From Macrostomum lignano (lineage: Eukaryota), in contig NIVC01001082.1 of assembly GCA_002269645.1 (NCBI GenBank), positions 1 to 64,000 of the forward strand: DNA of 64,000 nt, given 5' to 3'. Below are positions 18,001 through 31,859 of the stretch, piece after piece. The position numbers and the translations under genes were made by a program. Below the pieces are notes generated by a model. The model made no database searches. It was given only the letters and a program-made list of their open reading frames with translations, and was not told where the DNA came from. Position 1 is the first letter of the stretch. Each line of letters opens with the position of its first letter.

Positions 18001-18701
18001 AACAGAACTCTGCATCGCCAGATTGAAGCGAAAAAGTATTTCTGTGTTACCGAATTTCTTATGAAATTTATTCTAGTTTAGTCTAGATGTTATTTTTTCA
18101 ATTCTTTCTCAACGAACTTGTGAGTTGTGAGGGCATCGCAAACGAAGACACACGCTTAATGCTTCATTTGGAATTCGGAAGTCCAGGCTCCTAGAAGTTA
18201 AGACATTGAGAATTTAGTGACTTAACACGAATTAGCTGGCTTATCCATGAATAACAGATATCGACTGTTTGCTCGTATTAGGTTTGATGCTGATTTGTGA
18301 GTAGTATTTTTTGCGTTATACTCGTATTTTATGTATTTATTTAAAGAGTATTAAAAAACTGCTGACTTAAATAAAAAAATGAAGAAATAATTATAGTGAT
18401 TAAAATACATAAAATGAGATAGAAAATCGGATAATGCACTTTATATTTTAATCATTATCTAGTAAAAGATACTGCTGCAGCACGCTCTGGCAAAAAAGCT
18501 ACGTTAAAACAAAAAACTGGCAGACAGACGGACCTACAGACAGACAGACAAACAGACAGATAAACAAACTAACCGGCTGCGTTATAACAAACGCTATCCT
18601 AAAATGTATCCAAGACTTTAAAAGAATAATAAGTTCATCGTGTCTCTTAAAGCAAGTTTGATCATGACATCTCTTAAGCTTAATTTTTATTGATGATCTC
18701 A

Positions 18702-19475
18702 TCACTCAGTGCGCAGGTACTTTGTCCACTGCAGCTTCTCCATTTCGTTGGCAGAGAAGTCGGAGCCGTCAAGCGGCAGGCTGGCGTCAAAGTAGGGCAG
18801 CAGGACGCACTGCCTCCTTGTCGGGTGCCAGTAGAATCCAACGCAGTCACCGAACTCGAACTCATAGCAGATCAGGGCGCAGTCTTCCAGGGTCTTGATG
18901 GCCGGCACTTTGATCCAACAGCCCGGGTCGGGCTGCTGAAACTGAGCGATTCTTACCAGCTCAAATTTTCCGTTGTTCCGCTTGGGGACTTTTCGATAGG
19001 CGGCGGTGATGTTAGAATAGCAGTAAAACACGTGCTTCTCAACACAATTCTCATCTCTCAACTGGATGCTCAGACCCATTATGGTAGCGCAGTCTTGCTT
19101 GCCACCAAGGTTGTTGGGCTCGGCTGGGTGAAAATCATTGCCGCTAACTGACGTAACCTGGCCGTCCTTGATCCAAACCCAGCCGTCTTTGTTAGTGCTC
19201 CTCTCATTCAGCGAGTCCACCAGTCCCACCCACCATCTCTGGCTAGAAAAGCCACCGCTGGCCTTCATGGCGTCGTACACGGGCTTGCTGATCATCTCCT
19301 GACCGTTCTGGTGGCAGGTCCTCACCGCATCGCAAAACGTCAGCAACTGACTGTAGTACTGGCTACACCATGGCTGCGCATCAATCTGAGTCATGCCAGG
19401 AGGACAAGCCGACTCAGCAGACATCGCAAGCTGAACAGCTGCCAAGAGCAAAGCTTTGAGCACTGAGGACTTCAT
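18702..19475 (-). CDS. Secreted C-type lectin (EPN motif) + PAN/apple domain protein, single exon
   Basis: Signal peptide MKSSVLKALLLAAVQLAMS; WWVGL, EPNN..QDC, DENC..FYC; C-terminal CALIC..CVGFYW..RQCVL. Confidence 0.85.
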   Translation of the reverse strand: MKSSVLKALLLAAVQLAMSAESACPPGMTQIDAQPWCSQYYSQLLTFCDAVRTCHQNGQEMISKPVYDAMKASGGFSSQRWWVGLVDSLNERSTNKDGWVWIKDGQVTSVSGNDFHPAEPNNLGGKQDCATIMGLSIQLRDENCVEKHVFYCYSNITAAYRKVPKRNNGKFELVRIAQFQQPDPGCWIKVPAIKTLEDCALICYEFEFGDCVGFYWHPTRRQCVLLPYFDASLPLDGSDFSANEMEKLQWTKYLRTE

Positions 19476-19849
19476 CACTGGGTGACTAAACTCAACCCAG
19501 CGAATAATTTTGATCAAGAGGTTTTATAGTCGCTGCAGGTGTATTGTTTCCTGTCACGAGTCTCCTGTCACGAGTCTGTCAAAACAGATGATTGACACCT
19601 CTGTCATAGAGCTGGCAGGCATTTTATTGCTGAGGCGTTACGATCGATTCTGACTGCCAACTTCCGTATGGAAGAAGCCATTGTTGGACTGCGTGCTCAT
19701 GGTTCACTCACTCATCGATTAACTTACTCATTTATCTTGCTCACTCATCTTGAGCAGATCCCAGTCAATAAATGGCTTGCTAATTCTATTCTTTAAAACG
19801 GCCCCTCCTGCCGATGTCTAATATATACCACTGCGAATCAATGAAACTA

Positions 19850-20105
19850 CCAGACTACCAACATACAAGCGTAACGAACTACCAAACTAACTAACTAACT
19901 GCCAAACACAACCAAAGTACGAAACTACCAAACTTTCCAAACTACCAGACGCTACCAAACTATGAAACTAAGAAACTACCAAACAGTAACAAACTACCAA
20001 ACGACGTCACTACCAAACTACCAAACTGCCAAACACAACCAAACTACCAAACTACCAAACTGCCAAACACAGCCAAACTTACTCAACTACCAAACTACTA
20101 AATTA
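19850..20105. repeat. Degenerate (ACTACCAAA)n repeat
   Basis: Visible 9-bp periodicity. Confidence 0.7.
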
Positions 20106-20324
20106 ATAGATATTATACCAAATGTCTCTCTGTGTCCTATGCCACCCCTAATATGGCGAATCTGGTACTGGAGCCACTGACGCTCCCCAGTGAAAAATCA
20201 AGGGCTACGCCCTTGAATTTACTGATATGACCATTTGATCGATAGACACATCGACTGTGAAATCTCGTAAAAATTACATGCATAAATGCTCGGCCAGTAT
20301 GCAATAATTTTTCATTGGATAAAG

Positions 20325-21228
20325 CAGGGTTGGCGAGCTCCAGCCCGCGGGAACACATGCGGCCCGCGAAGAATCTCAATCCGGCCCTTTGGTCCTTTGA
20401 AACTTCATAACAGCCCGTCCAGGGTTGGAGTCTTATCTAAGTACTCTGCTCTCTTTTCTTCTCTCTCTTTTCTCTACTCTCTCCTCTCCTCTCCTCTTCT
20501 CTCCTCTCCTCTCCTCTCCTCTCCTCTCCTCTCCTGTCCTCTCCTCTCCTCTCCTCTCCTCTCCTTTCCTCTCCTCTCCTTTCCTCTCTCATCTCCTCTC
20601 CTCTCCTCTCTCATCTCCTCTCCTCTCCTCCCTAATCTCCTCTCCTCTCCTCTCCTCTCCTCTCCTCTCCTCTCATCTCCTCTCCTCTCCTCTCCTCTCC
20701 TTTCCTCTCCTCTCCTCTCCTCTCATCTCCTCTCATCTCCTCTCCTCTCCTCTCCTCTCCTCTCCTCTCCTCTCCTCTCCTCTCCTCTCCTCTCCTTTCC
20801 TCTCCTCTCCTTTCCTCTCTCATCTCCTCTCCTCTCCTCTCTCATCTCCTCTCCTCTCCTCCCTAATCTCCTCTTCTCTCCTCTCCTCTCCTCTCCTCTC
20901 CTCTCCTCTCATATCCTCTCCTCTCCTCTCCTCTCCTCTCCTCTCCTCTCCTCTCCTCTCCTCTCCTCTACTCTCCTCTCCCCTACTCTCCTCTTCTCTC
21001 TCCTCTTCACTCTTATCTCCTCTCCTCACCTCACCTCTCCTGTCCTCTTCTCACCTTTCTTTTCTCTAATCTCGCTCTTATCTCTCTTCTCTCCTCTCTT
21101 CTTTCATCTCCCATCTCCTCTTTAATCATCTCTATCCCCATCCCTTCTCCTTTCCACTCTCATCTGGCCCGCAGCAATGATCTAGATTCTTGCCCGGCTC
21201 TTGAAGTAAAACAGCTTGTCAACTTCTG
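20325..21228. mobile_element. hAT-type MITE carrying an expanded (CTCCT)n microsatellite
   Basis: Ends cagggttggcgagct / agcttgtcaacttctg; subterminal gcggcccgcg; 8-bp TSD ggataaag/gtataaag. Confidence 0.7.
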
Positions 21229-21377
21229 GTATAAAGCATCGCTACAACTGATTTCCAAGCAATTCGATTTTCCTTGCATGGGAGTATATTTTCGGAATTA
21301 TTCAGTGTTATCTTGGGCAATCGTCTATGTTGTATGCAACATTAAATATACGACATTTTACTCGGAAGAAATCAAAA

Positions 21378-22190
21378 CCCTTCACAATCTGTTAAAACCC
21401 TTCACTATCTGTCAAGAGCCTTCACAATCTGTCAAAAGCCTTCACAATCTGTCAAAAGCCTTCACAATCTGTCAAAAGCCTTCATAATCTGTCAAAAGCC
21501 TTCACAATCTGTCAAAAGCCTTCACAATCTGTCAAAAGCCTTCATAATCTGTCAAAAGCCTTCACAATCTGTCAAAAGCCTTCACAATCTGTCAAAATCC
21601 TTCACAATCTGTCAAAATCCTTCACAATCTGTCAAAAGCCTTCACAATCTGTCAAAAGCCTTCACAATATGTCAAAAGCCTTCACAATCTGTTAAAAGCC
21701 TTCACAATCTGTTAAAAGCCTTCACAATCTGTCAAAAGCCTTCACAATCTGTTAAAAGCCTTCACAATCTGTCAAAAGCCTTCACAATCTGTCAAAAGCC
21801 TTCACAATCTGTCAAAAGCCTTCACAATATGTCAAAAGCCTTCACAATCTGTTAAAAGCCTTCAAAATCTGTCAAAAGCCTTCACAATCTGTCAAAAGCC
21901 TTCACAATCTGTCAAAAGCCTTCACAATCTGTCAAAAGCCTTCACAATCTGTCAAAAGCCTTCACAATCTGTCAAAAGCCTTCACAATCTGTCAAAAGCC
22001 TTCACAATCTGTCAAAAGCCTTCACAATCTGTCAAAAGCCTTCACAATCTGTCAAAAGCCTTCACAATCTGTCAAAAGCCTTCACAATCTGTCAAAAGCC
22101 TTCACAATCTGTCAAAAGCCTTCACAATCTGTCAAAAGCCTTCACAATCTGTCAAAAGCCTTCACAATCTGTTAAAAGCCTTCACAATCT
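21378..22190. repeat. 20-bp minisatellite (CCTTCACAATCTGTCAAAAG, ~40 copies)
   Basis: Direct inspection. Confidence 0.95.
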
Positions 22191-23152
22191 TTAAAACTTA
22201 ACTTCCCCTTCTCACCGCTGCATCTTCGCGTGTCTCGGAGGAAAAGCGCTGATTTTACCTCTTGTTTTTATAGTAGCTAGATGTACTTTTATAGAGCAGC
22301 CATTTCGACTATGGTATATGATCTTCAAGTAGTTGGTCTCCTTTGATCACAACCTTAACTGTTGAAAATATGAGATACGAGCTACAAATGAAACTAAAAA
22401 ATATTTTAAATTGTCTGTTGAGTCCTTTTGATTTGTCGAAGGACTATATGCGCTTTGTATACTACTGACAAAGTAGCTTAAATCTACAACTTAAATTTCA
22501 TAAATAATTTGTTGGTTAAATAAAATACAAATCCAGACTCAGATAAAATAGTTTATAGATGTAGACAGTTGTCAATAAAACATTAAGATCAGTGGTAATG
22601 TTTATTTGGACTGAATAGTTCGAGATAGAAATTAAAAAAATTATAATCGCGTTTGTGAAAGTTTGTAAGGAAGGATAAAGATAAAAAAGATGGCTGTAAA
22701 GTTAAAAATAACCAAAACTTTTATTGAATAATAACACATAATCTACGGTCAAGTATAGACAGACTAGGATATTATTGCTTAAAACGAATTTAAATTTAGA
22801 CAGAATAATTAATAAAATGCCACACGTAACACACCGTCAAGTTTTATGGTTGTTCGAGTGATTCAAAAAATTTCTAGTTTTTTATGGATAATAATCAACA
22901 TTCCATATTTTAGAAGGAAAGTGTCTATCGTTAAGTCCTTATCAAAAGATTTCCACAAAGAGAAAAAGAAAATATTGTAATTTTGAAGTCATTGATAATT
23001 AACGGATCAACGCTTTATTAACGAGTTACCGTTAAGATTCTTTTCTGCTGAAATAAAAGTAGTTTTTAAAAGAAAGAAACAAATAAAAATAGCGCTTTCA
23101 TTTCAATTCAATTGATTTCAATAACTCACACTTTACCTTCTTAAAAGTTTCA

Positions 23153-23830
23153 TCACTCAGTGCGCAGGTACTTTGTCCACTGCAGCTTCTCCATTTCGTT
23201 GGCAGAGAAGTCGGAGCCGTCAAGCGGCAGGCTGGCGTCAAAGTAGGGCAGCAGGACGCACTGCCTCCTTGTCGGGTGCCAGTAGAATCCGACGCAGTCA
23301 CCGAACTCGAACTCATAGCAGGTCAGGGCGCAGTCTTCCAGGGTCTTGATGGCCGGCACTTTGATCCAACAGCCCCGGTCGGGCTGCCGGTATTCGGTGA
23401 TATTTGTGGGTTCAAACTTTCCTTGAGTTCGTTTCGGATTTGGCTGAATGTTAGCAGCGATGTCAGTGTAGCAGTAGAAACTATATTTATCGGCACAATT
23501 CTTGTCGCTCAGAAGCTTGTTCGATTTCGCTGTGATCGCACAATCTTGATGGTGTTGATCATTAGGCTCGGAACTTTCAAAGTAGTTCTCATTGCCGGTA
23601 GTGACTCGGCCGTCCTTTGCAGCAGCATCTAGTGTCTGTAGCCCTAATCACGGGGTTTTCGGCCCCGCGGAGACGGCAGCTGAATACTGCAGTAGTGAAT
23701 ACTGAAGTGACCCATCTAGGTTATGTACTCGTAGAATCTGTGAGCATGTCTGCTCATGTTAATGGCCTTCTTGACTTGCTACGGATCCAGGGTTCTTCGT
23801 TAACTAGTTTTTTGAAGACGGGTATAAAGT
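23153..23830 (-). pseudogene. Paralog of the CTL-PAN lectin with an in-frame TGA at the conserved Trp of W(L/I)GL
   Basis: Frame reads ..KTP*LGLQ..EPNDQHHQDCAI..DKNCADKYSFYCY.. and then a PAN domain nearly identical to 18702-18930. Confidence 0.7.
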
Positions 23831-25892
23831 AAAAAAGGAAAATCAATAAGGCTAGTGATTACATATCAGAGTAGATGAAGTCTTCAGAATACTGAAGAAC
23901 TTGGAGAGTAAGACGCAAATGCTCCGGATAGTCGTTGATTATCGATGGCACCAGCGACTTCGGAATGGTTTTTTGTCTGACTGATTTGTTCCGCACATGC
24001 CAGGACTTGAATAGGCAGGTGTTGCAGATCACGCTAGGTGGCGCTGGAACCTGGATCCGGTCGGCAATCGAGTAGGAAAATTCTTGCAAAGCATTTCTGC
24101 TCGTGGCGGCTGCGGTATCGACTGTGGAAATCGATGCACAGAAAACGAAATGCGATATACGTTAAGACTTTTTAACAATTATGAGTTGACCCCAAAGTAC
24201 TAATGCACTAAATGATGCACTAAATGGCACTACCGGGCCACTCCGGTAGTAAAACTACCGGAAAGAATTTTGCTGTGCTGGAACTAAGCAACGCAAGGCT
24301 CACGACATTCAAGAATACAAGCTAACTTTTTGTTGCGCACCTTCTCAAACAAGAATCAACTCGCCAGATATTCAAAATTCTGCCAGAAGGTCGGATTTTT
24401 TTCTCATAAGCGCCAGTGTATTCAGTACACCCCTGTGCGCCAGTCAGCACTGCGCCTCAGTGCAGTCTTGCAAAGCCTCCAAATTTCATCAGCACGTCGA
24501 CCACATGTGCCTGCATCAGCTCTGACTTCGTGAGTCACTGGCCTTTACCCAGGCGGAGCTTCTGGACCTTCAACAGATGGCAGCAGGGGACTATGGAATT
24601 TCTCTAGTTTCGCTGATCAAGCCACCAACCAGCCAACCCAAAGTGGAATCAGGGACGGTGCTAAGACCAAGTCCACCCAAGCCACCCCCACCAGCAGACA
24701 AATCCCCAGAGTGCGCGAAAAAGGATTTGAAAAACTTTGAAATGCTACTGAAGGCGGTCCGAGAGCGGGGAGACCCCGAAGTCTACGGAAAAGGCTTAAT
24801 TTTGGAGGGAGTCTAGGCAGCTTATTTACCAAGGGCGAGTCTCCTATCAAGAGGTGGCACCAAACCCTCCTATAGGGCTGCGAGGGTCAAGGCTTTTTTA
24901 CTACCCATGCTCTAAACAATATTGGAGTATGTATAAGCGGTCTGAGAGAGGAAATATCCTAGTCTGCGGAATGGGGCCAGGCCAAGGGGTCGGAGAGGGG
25001 CACAAGGAGCAAGAGGAACCCGGACTCAGCCGGTATTCCCCGATTCGGGACGAACTCGATCATTCCCCAGAACTCCAATCCACTGTCAGTGATGAAAGCC
25101 AAGACACAATAAGCAGGGAGACAACCAGAGGAGCCAGCAGATGGACCAAGGCAAGCAAGATGCACCAGGCTTCGAGGCCGGGGAATTTTGTCTGCATTGC
25201 CTCCCCAATGCATATAAAGAGATTTACCCGATCAAAACGTTTTGATAGTAAGTGCATATCAAATTCATATTTTTCTTGTAGGTATTCAGTTCTATATACA
25301 TGCAGGGGTACATCGGTCGCGCACTTGCACTTTATTATTTGCGATCCAACCTGAATAGATGATCTCAGAAAAAACCAAACTACTCGAAGTTGACAGACTG
25401 ATTCAGTTAATCCTATCAAAGGACAAACATCCCCTCCATAAAGCAGATAAAATTATGGGTTCTCCCAGACAACCGAAACCTTATAGCGCACCCTAAATAA
25501 TCGCGAGTCTCTTACTAGTCGTGCTACCCCTGTACTAAACCTTCTTTTGTAAGTCAGCATCACCTGTCATTTGAAGGACTTCAGTTTTTAGGCTGTGAAT
25601 TCGACGATTGCTTTTTTGTCATTGAAATCTGTCCTGAAACAACGGTAGCTTTTAGGGGCAAGGGGACGTAGCCTTGTGGCTCGATTACAGGCCGCTGTAC
25701 AATCCTGTGTGAGGGTGTGCCTGTGCGTACGACTGCGCACGTATCCGCGCGTCTGTGTGCCTGCTCAGGGGAGTCGGCGGAATGGGCAGTAATGCCTCAC
25801 GCCGGTTGCGTGACAATGTCGCTTAAAGTGCAAAAGGATGTACACAGCCCCTGCCTGTAATAAAAAGTATTCTAGTAGCGGAAATTCACTTA

Positions 25893-27249
25893 CTTCGCCT
25901 GTCCGGAAAGTCGTGAGAATGTGTCAGTCAAGCAAGAAAGCAGCAAGCTGATGACATGGCACACATAAAATTTCAATAATAGACTTATATATGTCTATGG
26001 TGAAAATTTTTGTTATTCTAGCAGCAAAATTGGGGGCAGGGGCGAGCTCAGCATAAAGTGCTCAATAACCAATGCAACGCGGTGATCAAGCTTGAAAAAT
26101 CTAACAGCGAGTTCGTCAAAATGGAAGATTTCCAGGCTTATGCCTACGCTAGATACCGTCTTGGAATCTCTGTATTAGTTGTTATGACGAACTACTTAAA
26201 GTTTATGGAGATGCCGCACCAGGTCAGTCAACGGTTTACAGATGGTACTCAAAGTTCCGTGATGAAGCATTTCCCCTGGCCTCAGCTCCTCGGACTGGCC
26301 GGCCACGGTCAACAAGGACAACGGAACTGATCGAAACCTGCCGAGCTCTCGTTGAAGAGGATTCAAAAGTTAGTGTCCGAGACCTCGCCGACTTTTTGGA
26401 AGTTGGTAAAACAACAGTGCACGAAATTTTGACCGAGGATTTGCACCTTCGAAACGTTTCTGCCGTCTGGGTTCCTCATGCTCTATCCGAGGAGAACAAG
26501 ACTGCTCGCATCAATTGTGCCAAGCAAATCCGCAGGCTTTTTTACAACGAGGGGGTGGAAAACTTTTGCGACAAGTACGTGGTGGAAGATGAGACGTGGG
26601 TGTACCTGAACAACACTGGCACAAAGCAAACAACAGGTGCTGGCTTGGCCAAGGAGATCATCGGCCCCAGGTTGTCAGGCACTCGGTCGGGAATGCAAAG
26701 ACAATGCTTCTGGTTGCTTTCACTCCAAGCAAGCGCTTCTCCATTGAATCCACAGCCCCGAAGCAAACTGTTGATGCAGATGGCATAGTTGAGTTCATTC
26801 GGCACACGGGAGACCTATGGCGTACTCTGAGGTCAAAGCCAATTCACCTGTCGGATGTTCTTTGGCAGTGGGACAATGCGCGACCTCACCTAGCCCGTTC
26901 TGTGCAGCAGTACATGGAGTCCCGTGGAGTTCAGCTGGTGTTTCAGAGTCCCTACAGCCCAGACTTCAATCTGTGCGACCGTTTTTTGTTCAGTTGGATG
27001 AAGAATGATTTCTCCAGGCGAGTATTCAGCGACCACAATGAAGTTCGAGAAGCTGCGTTGCAGTGGGCAAGAAGCCTTGACGAAGATTGTTTAAAAAGAG
27101 AGGTTCAGCGATTCGTTGACCATTGCCAAGCTGTAATCAATGCAAGGGGAGATTACATTACCAACTAGTGCTGTTATCGTGTTTTTTTATAGTTCTGACT
27201 GATTTTTTAAATACATTCTCGCGACTTTCCGGACAGCCGAAAGCCGAAG
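25893..27249 (+). mobile_element. Mariner (DD34D) transposon with TIRs, flanked by TA; transposase ~26121-27168 frameshifted
   Basis: WVPHAL, DETW, WDNARPH..(34)..YSPDFNLCD; TIR cttcgcctgtccggaaagtcgtgagaatgt, with a 7-bp duplication in the right copy. Confidence 0.92.
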
Positions 27250-28929
27250 TACAATCGAGGGTACTCTCGCGAATAGCAGCAGCCTTGCCGGTGGCAACAG
27301 CCAAGGCAGCGGCCAGAACAAGCAATTGTTTCGCATTGAACTCCAACATTTTAACCGATATGGTTCAAAGACTATAACAATAACACAAGCGTATGTTTGC
27401 TTAAGGCACAAGGACTAAACTAGGGAACTTCTGTAGGGGCGGTCTTTTATCAACCAGCAAAGCTCCCGTCAAAGATAAAATATGTCAAAAATCCAGAGAT
27501 AAAATCATTGAAGATCTGGTGTGAAAATAACAGCCTTGGTGTACGCGTAAATTGTCAAACGGTTATGTCTGCATGACAGGTCGGTCTGCAGCGTCTGGCA
27601 GACATTTTTTTTTATTTTTAAGCTATCTAATCCCTCGGTACTTTCGAATAGCAATGAAGCAAAAGCCCTGGTAGCTCAGAAACTTCAGAGCAGAGTGTCT
27701 ATTGTAGAGTACGCTCGTCGTAGAATCGGTGTCTGTTTCTGATTCACTGACCATAAAAGATGGGGACAAGATAAAGTTTAATGTAGTGATGCGAGGAGTG
27801 AAAGAAGTTCAAGGTCTGTTTAAAAAGCTATTTGCAGATTTTTAGCCCGTGAAGCCTCTCTCCGACCAAGGATTTCTTTATAATTATAAGCTAGTTATAA
27901 GAAGTCCTTGATCCGGCTTTTAGGTCTGAATTGAAACTTCACAATAGCAATCCGACCCGCTCAAGATTTGTGTCGCTTCTCAGCTCTCCATCTATTCTCT
28001 CTCTTCTCTCTTCTCTTTTCCCCCTCTCCCCTCTCCTCCTCTGTCTCCTCTTCCCTCTCTTCTTCCTTCATATATAAAAATATCAGCTGACAATTCTCAC
28101 TTCTAGAGAATTGTCAGCGTGGCGAATCTGCCGTATCAAATGGCGTCCGGATTACTAACCGAGGAGCTGCCAGGCGAGTGTGCTCGAAGAGACTGGAGAA
28201 ATTGACTCGAGAGCTAATATTTGAGTACCCACCAACTATTTTAAACCACTGCTCGCGCCTCTTCTACTCAACACTGACAACTCAGGATGGTCTGCTCTAT
28301 GCACATCCCCAACACTGATCGATATTCGGGCTTGACTGGAATCAGTTCTTCAACCTTAACTATCGATGGAGCAGAAATTTAAGCTTGTTAGCTCGTAATC
28401 AGCCAAAAGCGCGAGATGAGTTTGCTGCTATTGCGAGAAATTACCATCTGGCCAAAATCATGGGTTTCCTTTAATCGGACAAATGGTACTGCAACCAGGA
28501 GATGATGTTGCATCTAATCTACTAGGTGGACGAGAGACGTCATTGTTATCCAAGACCAAAATCATGACACCACAAGCGAGAATTCGAAGGCTTGGATGGA
28601 GCTGCGAGTAAGAAACGTCCCGATGAGAAAGTTCGGTGATCTGGCGGACAGCAGCTAGGAAGCTTTTTACTCATCCTCGGCATGCAGCATATCACACATG
28701 ACAAGACAGGTCGCCAGGCACATACAGCGTCTATCCTGCTTTCTGGCATCGGCAGCGGGACTGCACATCCGCAACTTCAACGCCAGTCAAGAAGCCACTG
28801 AAACGCTCCGTTGTCAGCATTGACGATGAAAAGCTTCTAAACTAGGAGAACCTCAGGCTCTTTCTGTTTACTCAGTCATACATGTAGTACTGAGCAGTTC
28901 ATTGCTTCAGAAGCAACTGTGGAACAAAT

Positions 28930-29390
28930 ATCCGGATCTCATGAAGCATCACGAACGACGTTGGTAGCCGTTCGTCGCGTAGAAGCGAAGCGCAATTGGC
29001 AATGGCTCCCTAGGAAATATGGCGTATAGTTCTCTGCGTCGCACAGGGACAGGTGGGCCAACGTCTCCGACTGCCGGCAATCCTGCGCGGCTGTTCCCCT
29101 GTCCTTCCTCGCCCTGCGCAGAGCCCTGCTTGGACTCAACCGCAGGGACATCAGGGCGGTAACCATGGCCCTCTCCGGACATGGCTGTTTTGGCAGGCAT
29201 CGTTACCTCCAGAAAAAATCCGCAAAGAAGACTGCCCATTCTGCCTCTACAGTGTTGAGAATGCAGAGTACTTCAGCTTTGGATTCCCTGTCAACGAACA
29301 GGCTCACTTACCTCCCGCCCGAACCCGGACCTCTCCGATCGTTTTCAGGCCCAAGAACTTCTGCCAGCTCGTCCGCTACGTTCCTCATTA
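28930..29390 (+). mobile_element. 3' fragment of a LOA-type LINE related to the 15-18 kb copy
   Basis: [28 protein letters not shown] matches MALSRHGCFSRHRFLQ..CPFC..ENAEHF. Confidence 0.75.
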
Positions 29391-29799
29391 AAATTATTTT
29401 CGTAAGAGGGATGAATTTTCCCATCTATGACTACGAGTATTCCAGTTTGCTAATATGCATAGTCTAAAAAAACCTAGCCTAAGAATAAGATATATTTTTG
29501 CGAGTTAAAATACGCGAATAAGCGAATTAAAAAAATGTTAAAGGATCTATTATATACTCAAAAGTATGGCATAATTACTGGAAGAAACAGACTGTCAATA
29601 GATTTCTGACATAATGTCCGATGACGGAGGCCTTCATGTCAGAGGACGAATCCGGTGAGTTTGGATAGCCCAAATACGGTAGATGAAGATCGTAACGAGT
29701 AAATAAAGTCAATAAGACACTCTTGGCATAGCCCATGACTTTTGCTTTTCTATAAGCATAATAAATTTTGGCACCATATGGACTTTGGCATGGAATTTT

Positions 29800-30375
29800 A
29801 TTTTGGCACAGTTAAGATAAGTTTTGGCACAAGTAGGACAAAGTTTTGGCACAAGTAGGACAAGTTTTGGCACAGGTAGGACAAGTTTTAACACAAGTAG
29901 GACAAGTTTTGGCACAAGTAGGACAATGTTTTGGCACAAGTAGGACAATGTTTTGGCACAAGTAGGACAATGTTTTGGCACAAGTAGGACAAAGTTTTGG
30001 CACAAGTAGGACAAAGTTTTGGCACAAGTAGGACAATGTTTTGGCACAAGTAGGACAAGTTTTGGCACAAGTAGGACAATGTTTTGGCACAAGTAGGACA
30101 ATGTTTTGGCACAGTTAGGACAAGTTTTGGCACAAGTAGGACAATGTTTTGGCACAAGTAGGACAATGTTTTGGCACAAGTAGGACAAAGTTTTGGCACA
30201 AGTAGGACAATGTTTTGGCACAAGTAGGACAATGTTTTGGCACAAGTAGGACAAGTTTTGGCACAAGTAGGACAATGTTTTGGCACAAGTAGGACAATGT
30301 TTTGGCACAGTTAGGACAAGTTTTGGCACAAGTAGGACAATGTTTTGGCAAAATTAGGACAATGCTTTGGCACAA
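29800..30375. repeat. 20-22-bp minisatellite (TTTTGGCACAAGTAGGACAA...)
   Basis: Direct inspection. Confidence 0.95.
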
Positions 30376-31859
30376 TTCGGAGTGGTACATTTGATGCTTT
30401 TAACATTACAATTCTATACTTATTGATATGCTAATGATATTTAGGAAGAGATTTGGCAAGTTATATACAACATGTACAGTATTCAAGCAAATGAAGAATA
30501 TTGACGCCAATATTGATGCCATGGATGGCATGGATGGCAGGTAATCGCTCGCATGCCAGATTATTACAGGTACAGATACATGCTAGGATAACCCAAGCAT
30601 GTAAGTAAGTAAACATTTTGGCTTACAAATGTACTGTCGATACTGTAAATGTACAATAGGATGATTTGGCACAGAGAACATTCACACAAAAAACAAGAAC
30701 TACAAGGAAGCTACAAGTACATAAATTGGCAAGCTAAGGCAAGTAAGTACACATACTACTATAGAGTAGTTTATATTACCATATATGCTCATTACAGTTT
30801 AATATGTCGTCCATTCCGGTGTTGACGTCCTCTACCAGGCGATCTGATCCACTAACGGCCATAGCAGGGCGCGCCTCCGTGCGCCCGCTCCCTACGTAGC
30901 TTTCCTAGAAATGGAACAACAGCAGCAGAGTAGCTAACAGCAACTGGCAAAAATGAGAATACAAGATAAAGTTGACAGCTTTTTGCTGCTAGACTAGAAG
31001 TTGGAGCATTTATATACGCATTCTTTTACACTCAATTTTTTCATAGGCAATTACGCTGCTGGTAAGCTTGAGTCGATCGTCTCGTGCAGGTTGCGGCACG
31101 TGTTCTGTTGCTTCTAAATCTAAAGTGTCTATTTTTCAACCTTGAGTTAGGACGGGGCTGTCAATTGCTTTCTACGTTCTAAACAAGCTGGGCCACGTGT
31201 CTCGTTGAGTATCTATTGTCTTGGCAGAGAGGTATAGCTACCCTCTAAACTGGTTAGGTCTCAAATGGCCACTGTAGCTCGTAATTGAAGCACAGTCCAA
31301 TGCAGAGAGGAAAGGAGCATGCAAGTACGAGTGAAGATTAGTCACATGAACCCAGTTGAGTCTCCAGCACGTGAGCGGTGAGTGCAGACCTAGTCAAGAA
31401 GCATCCAAGTTGGTTCGGGTGGTTTTATACAGTTTAAATGTTGTTTGCGAATGAGTTTAATCTTTATTTGCTTTCCTAATTGCAGCTGCATAGCTAGCAT
31501 CTTGAATGGTAGAAAGACAATTTTGAGAAACACGTGTCTGCGCAACAAACTCTGCTTTTGCTAGCAAGAGTTCACTAAACCTCAGTCAGTTGCCTTTACA
31601 TAAAGACAAGCTGTTGAAACCCGCGGATTTTGAACCCGGGGAACTCCATTCCCCAGAATTATTTTTGCATGTAATCTAAAATCTGAGGTCAAACTCAAAC
31701 AAAAACTTGTTAATAGTTAGGATGGAGTTAAACATAAAATAGAGTATAGATTCGTGTAAAATTAGGATTTGAAGCAAACATTGATATTGTTGGCTGGGGT
31801 GCTGCGCAGAATGTCAGGCAAACTCTGGCCTCTACCTCTGCCTCTCCCTATGTACTTTG

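Noticed and set aside
24228-24265. CACTAC start with ctaccgg repeats resembling a CACTA transposon end
   Set aside because: No matching opposite end, TSD or transposase was found in the window.
24330-25420. Several 60-170-aa ORFs (e.g. 24854..25354, 25060..25419)
   Set aside because: No recognisable motifs, and ORFs overlap on opposite strands; I cannot support a gene call.
27900-28900. Possible transposase relic
   Set aside because: No catalytic motif could be reconstructed in any frame by eye.
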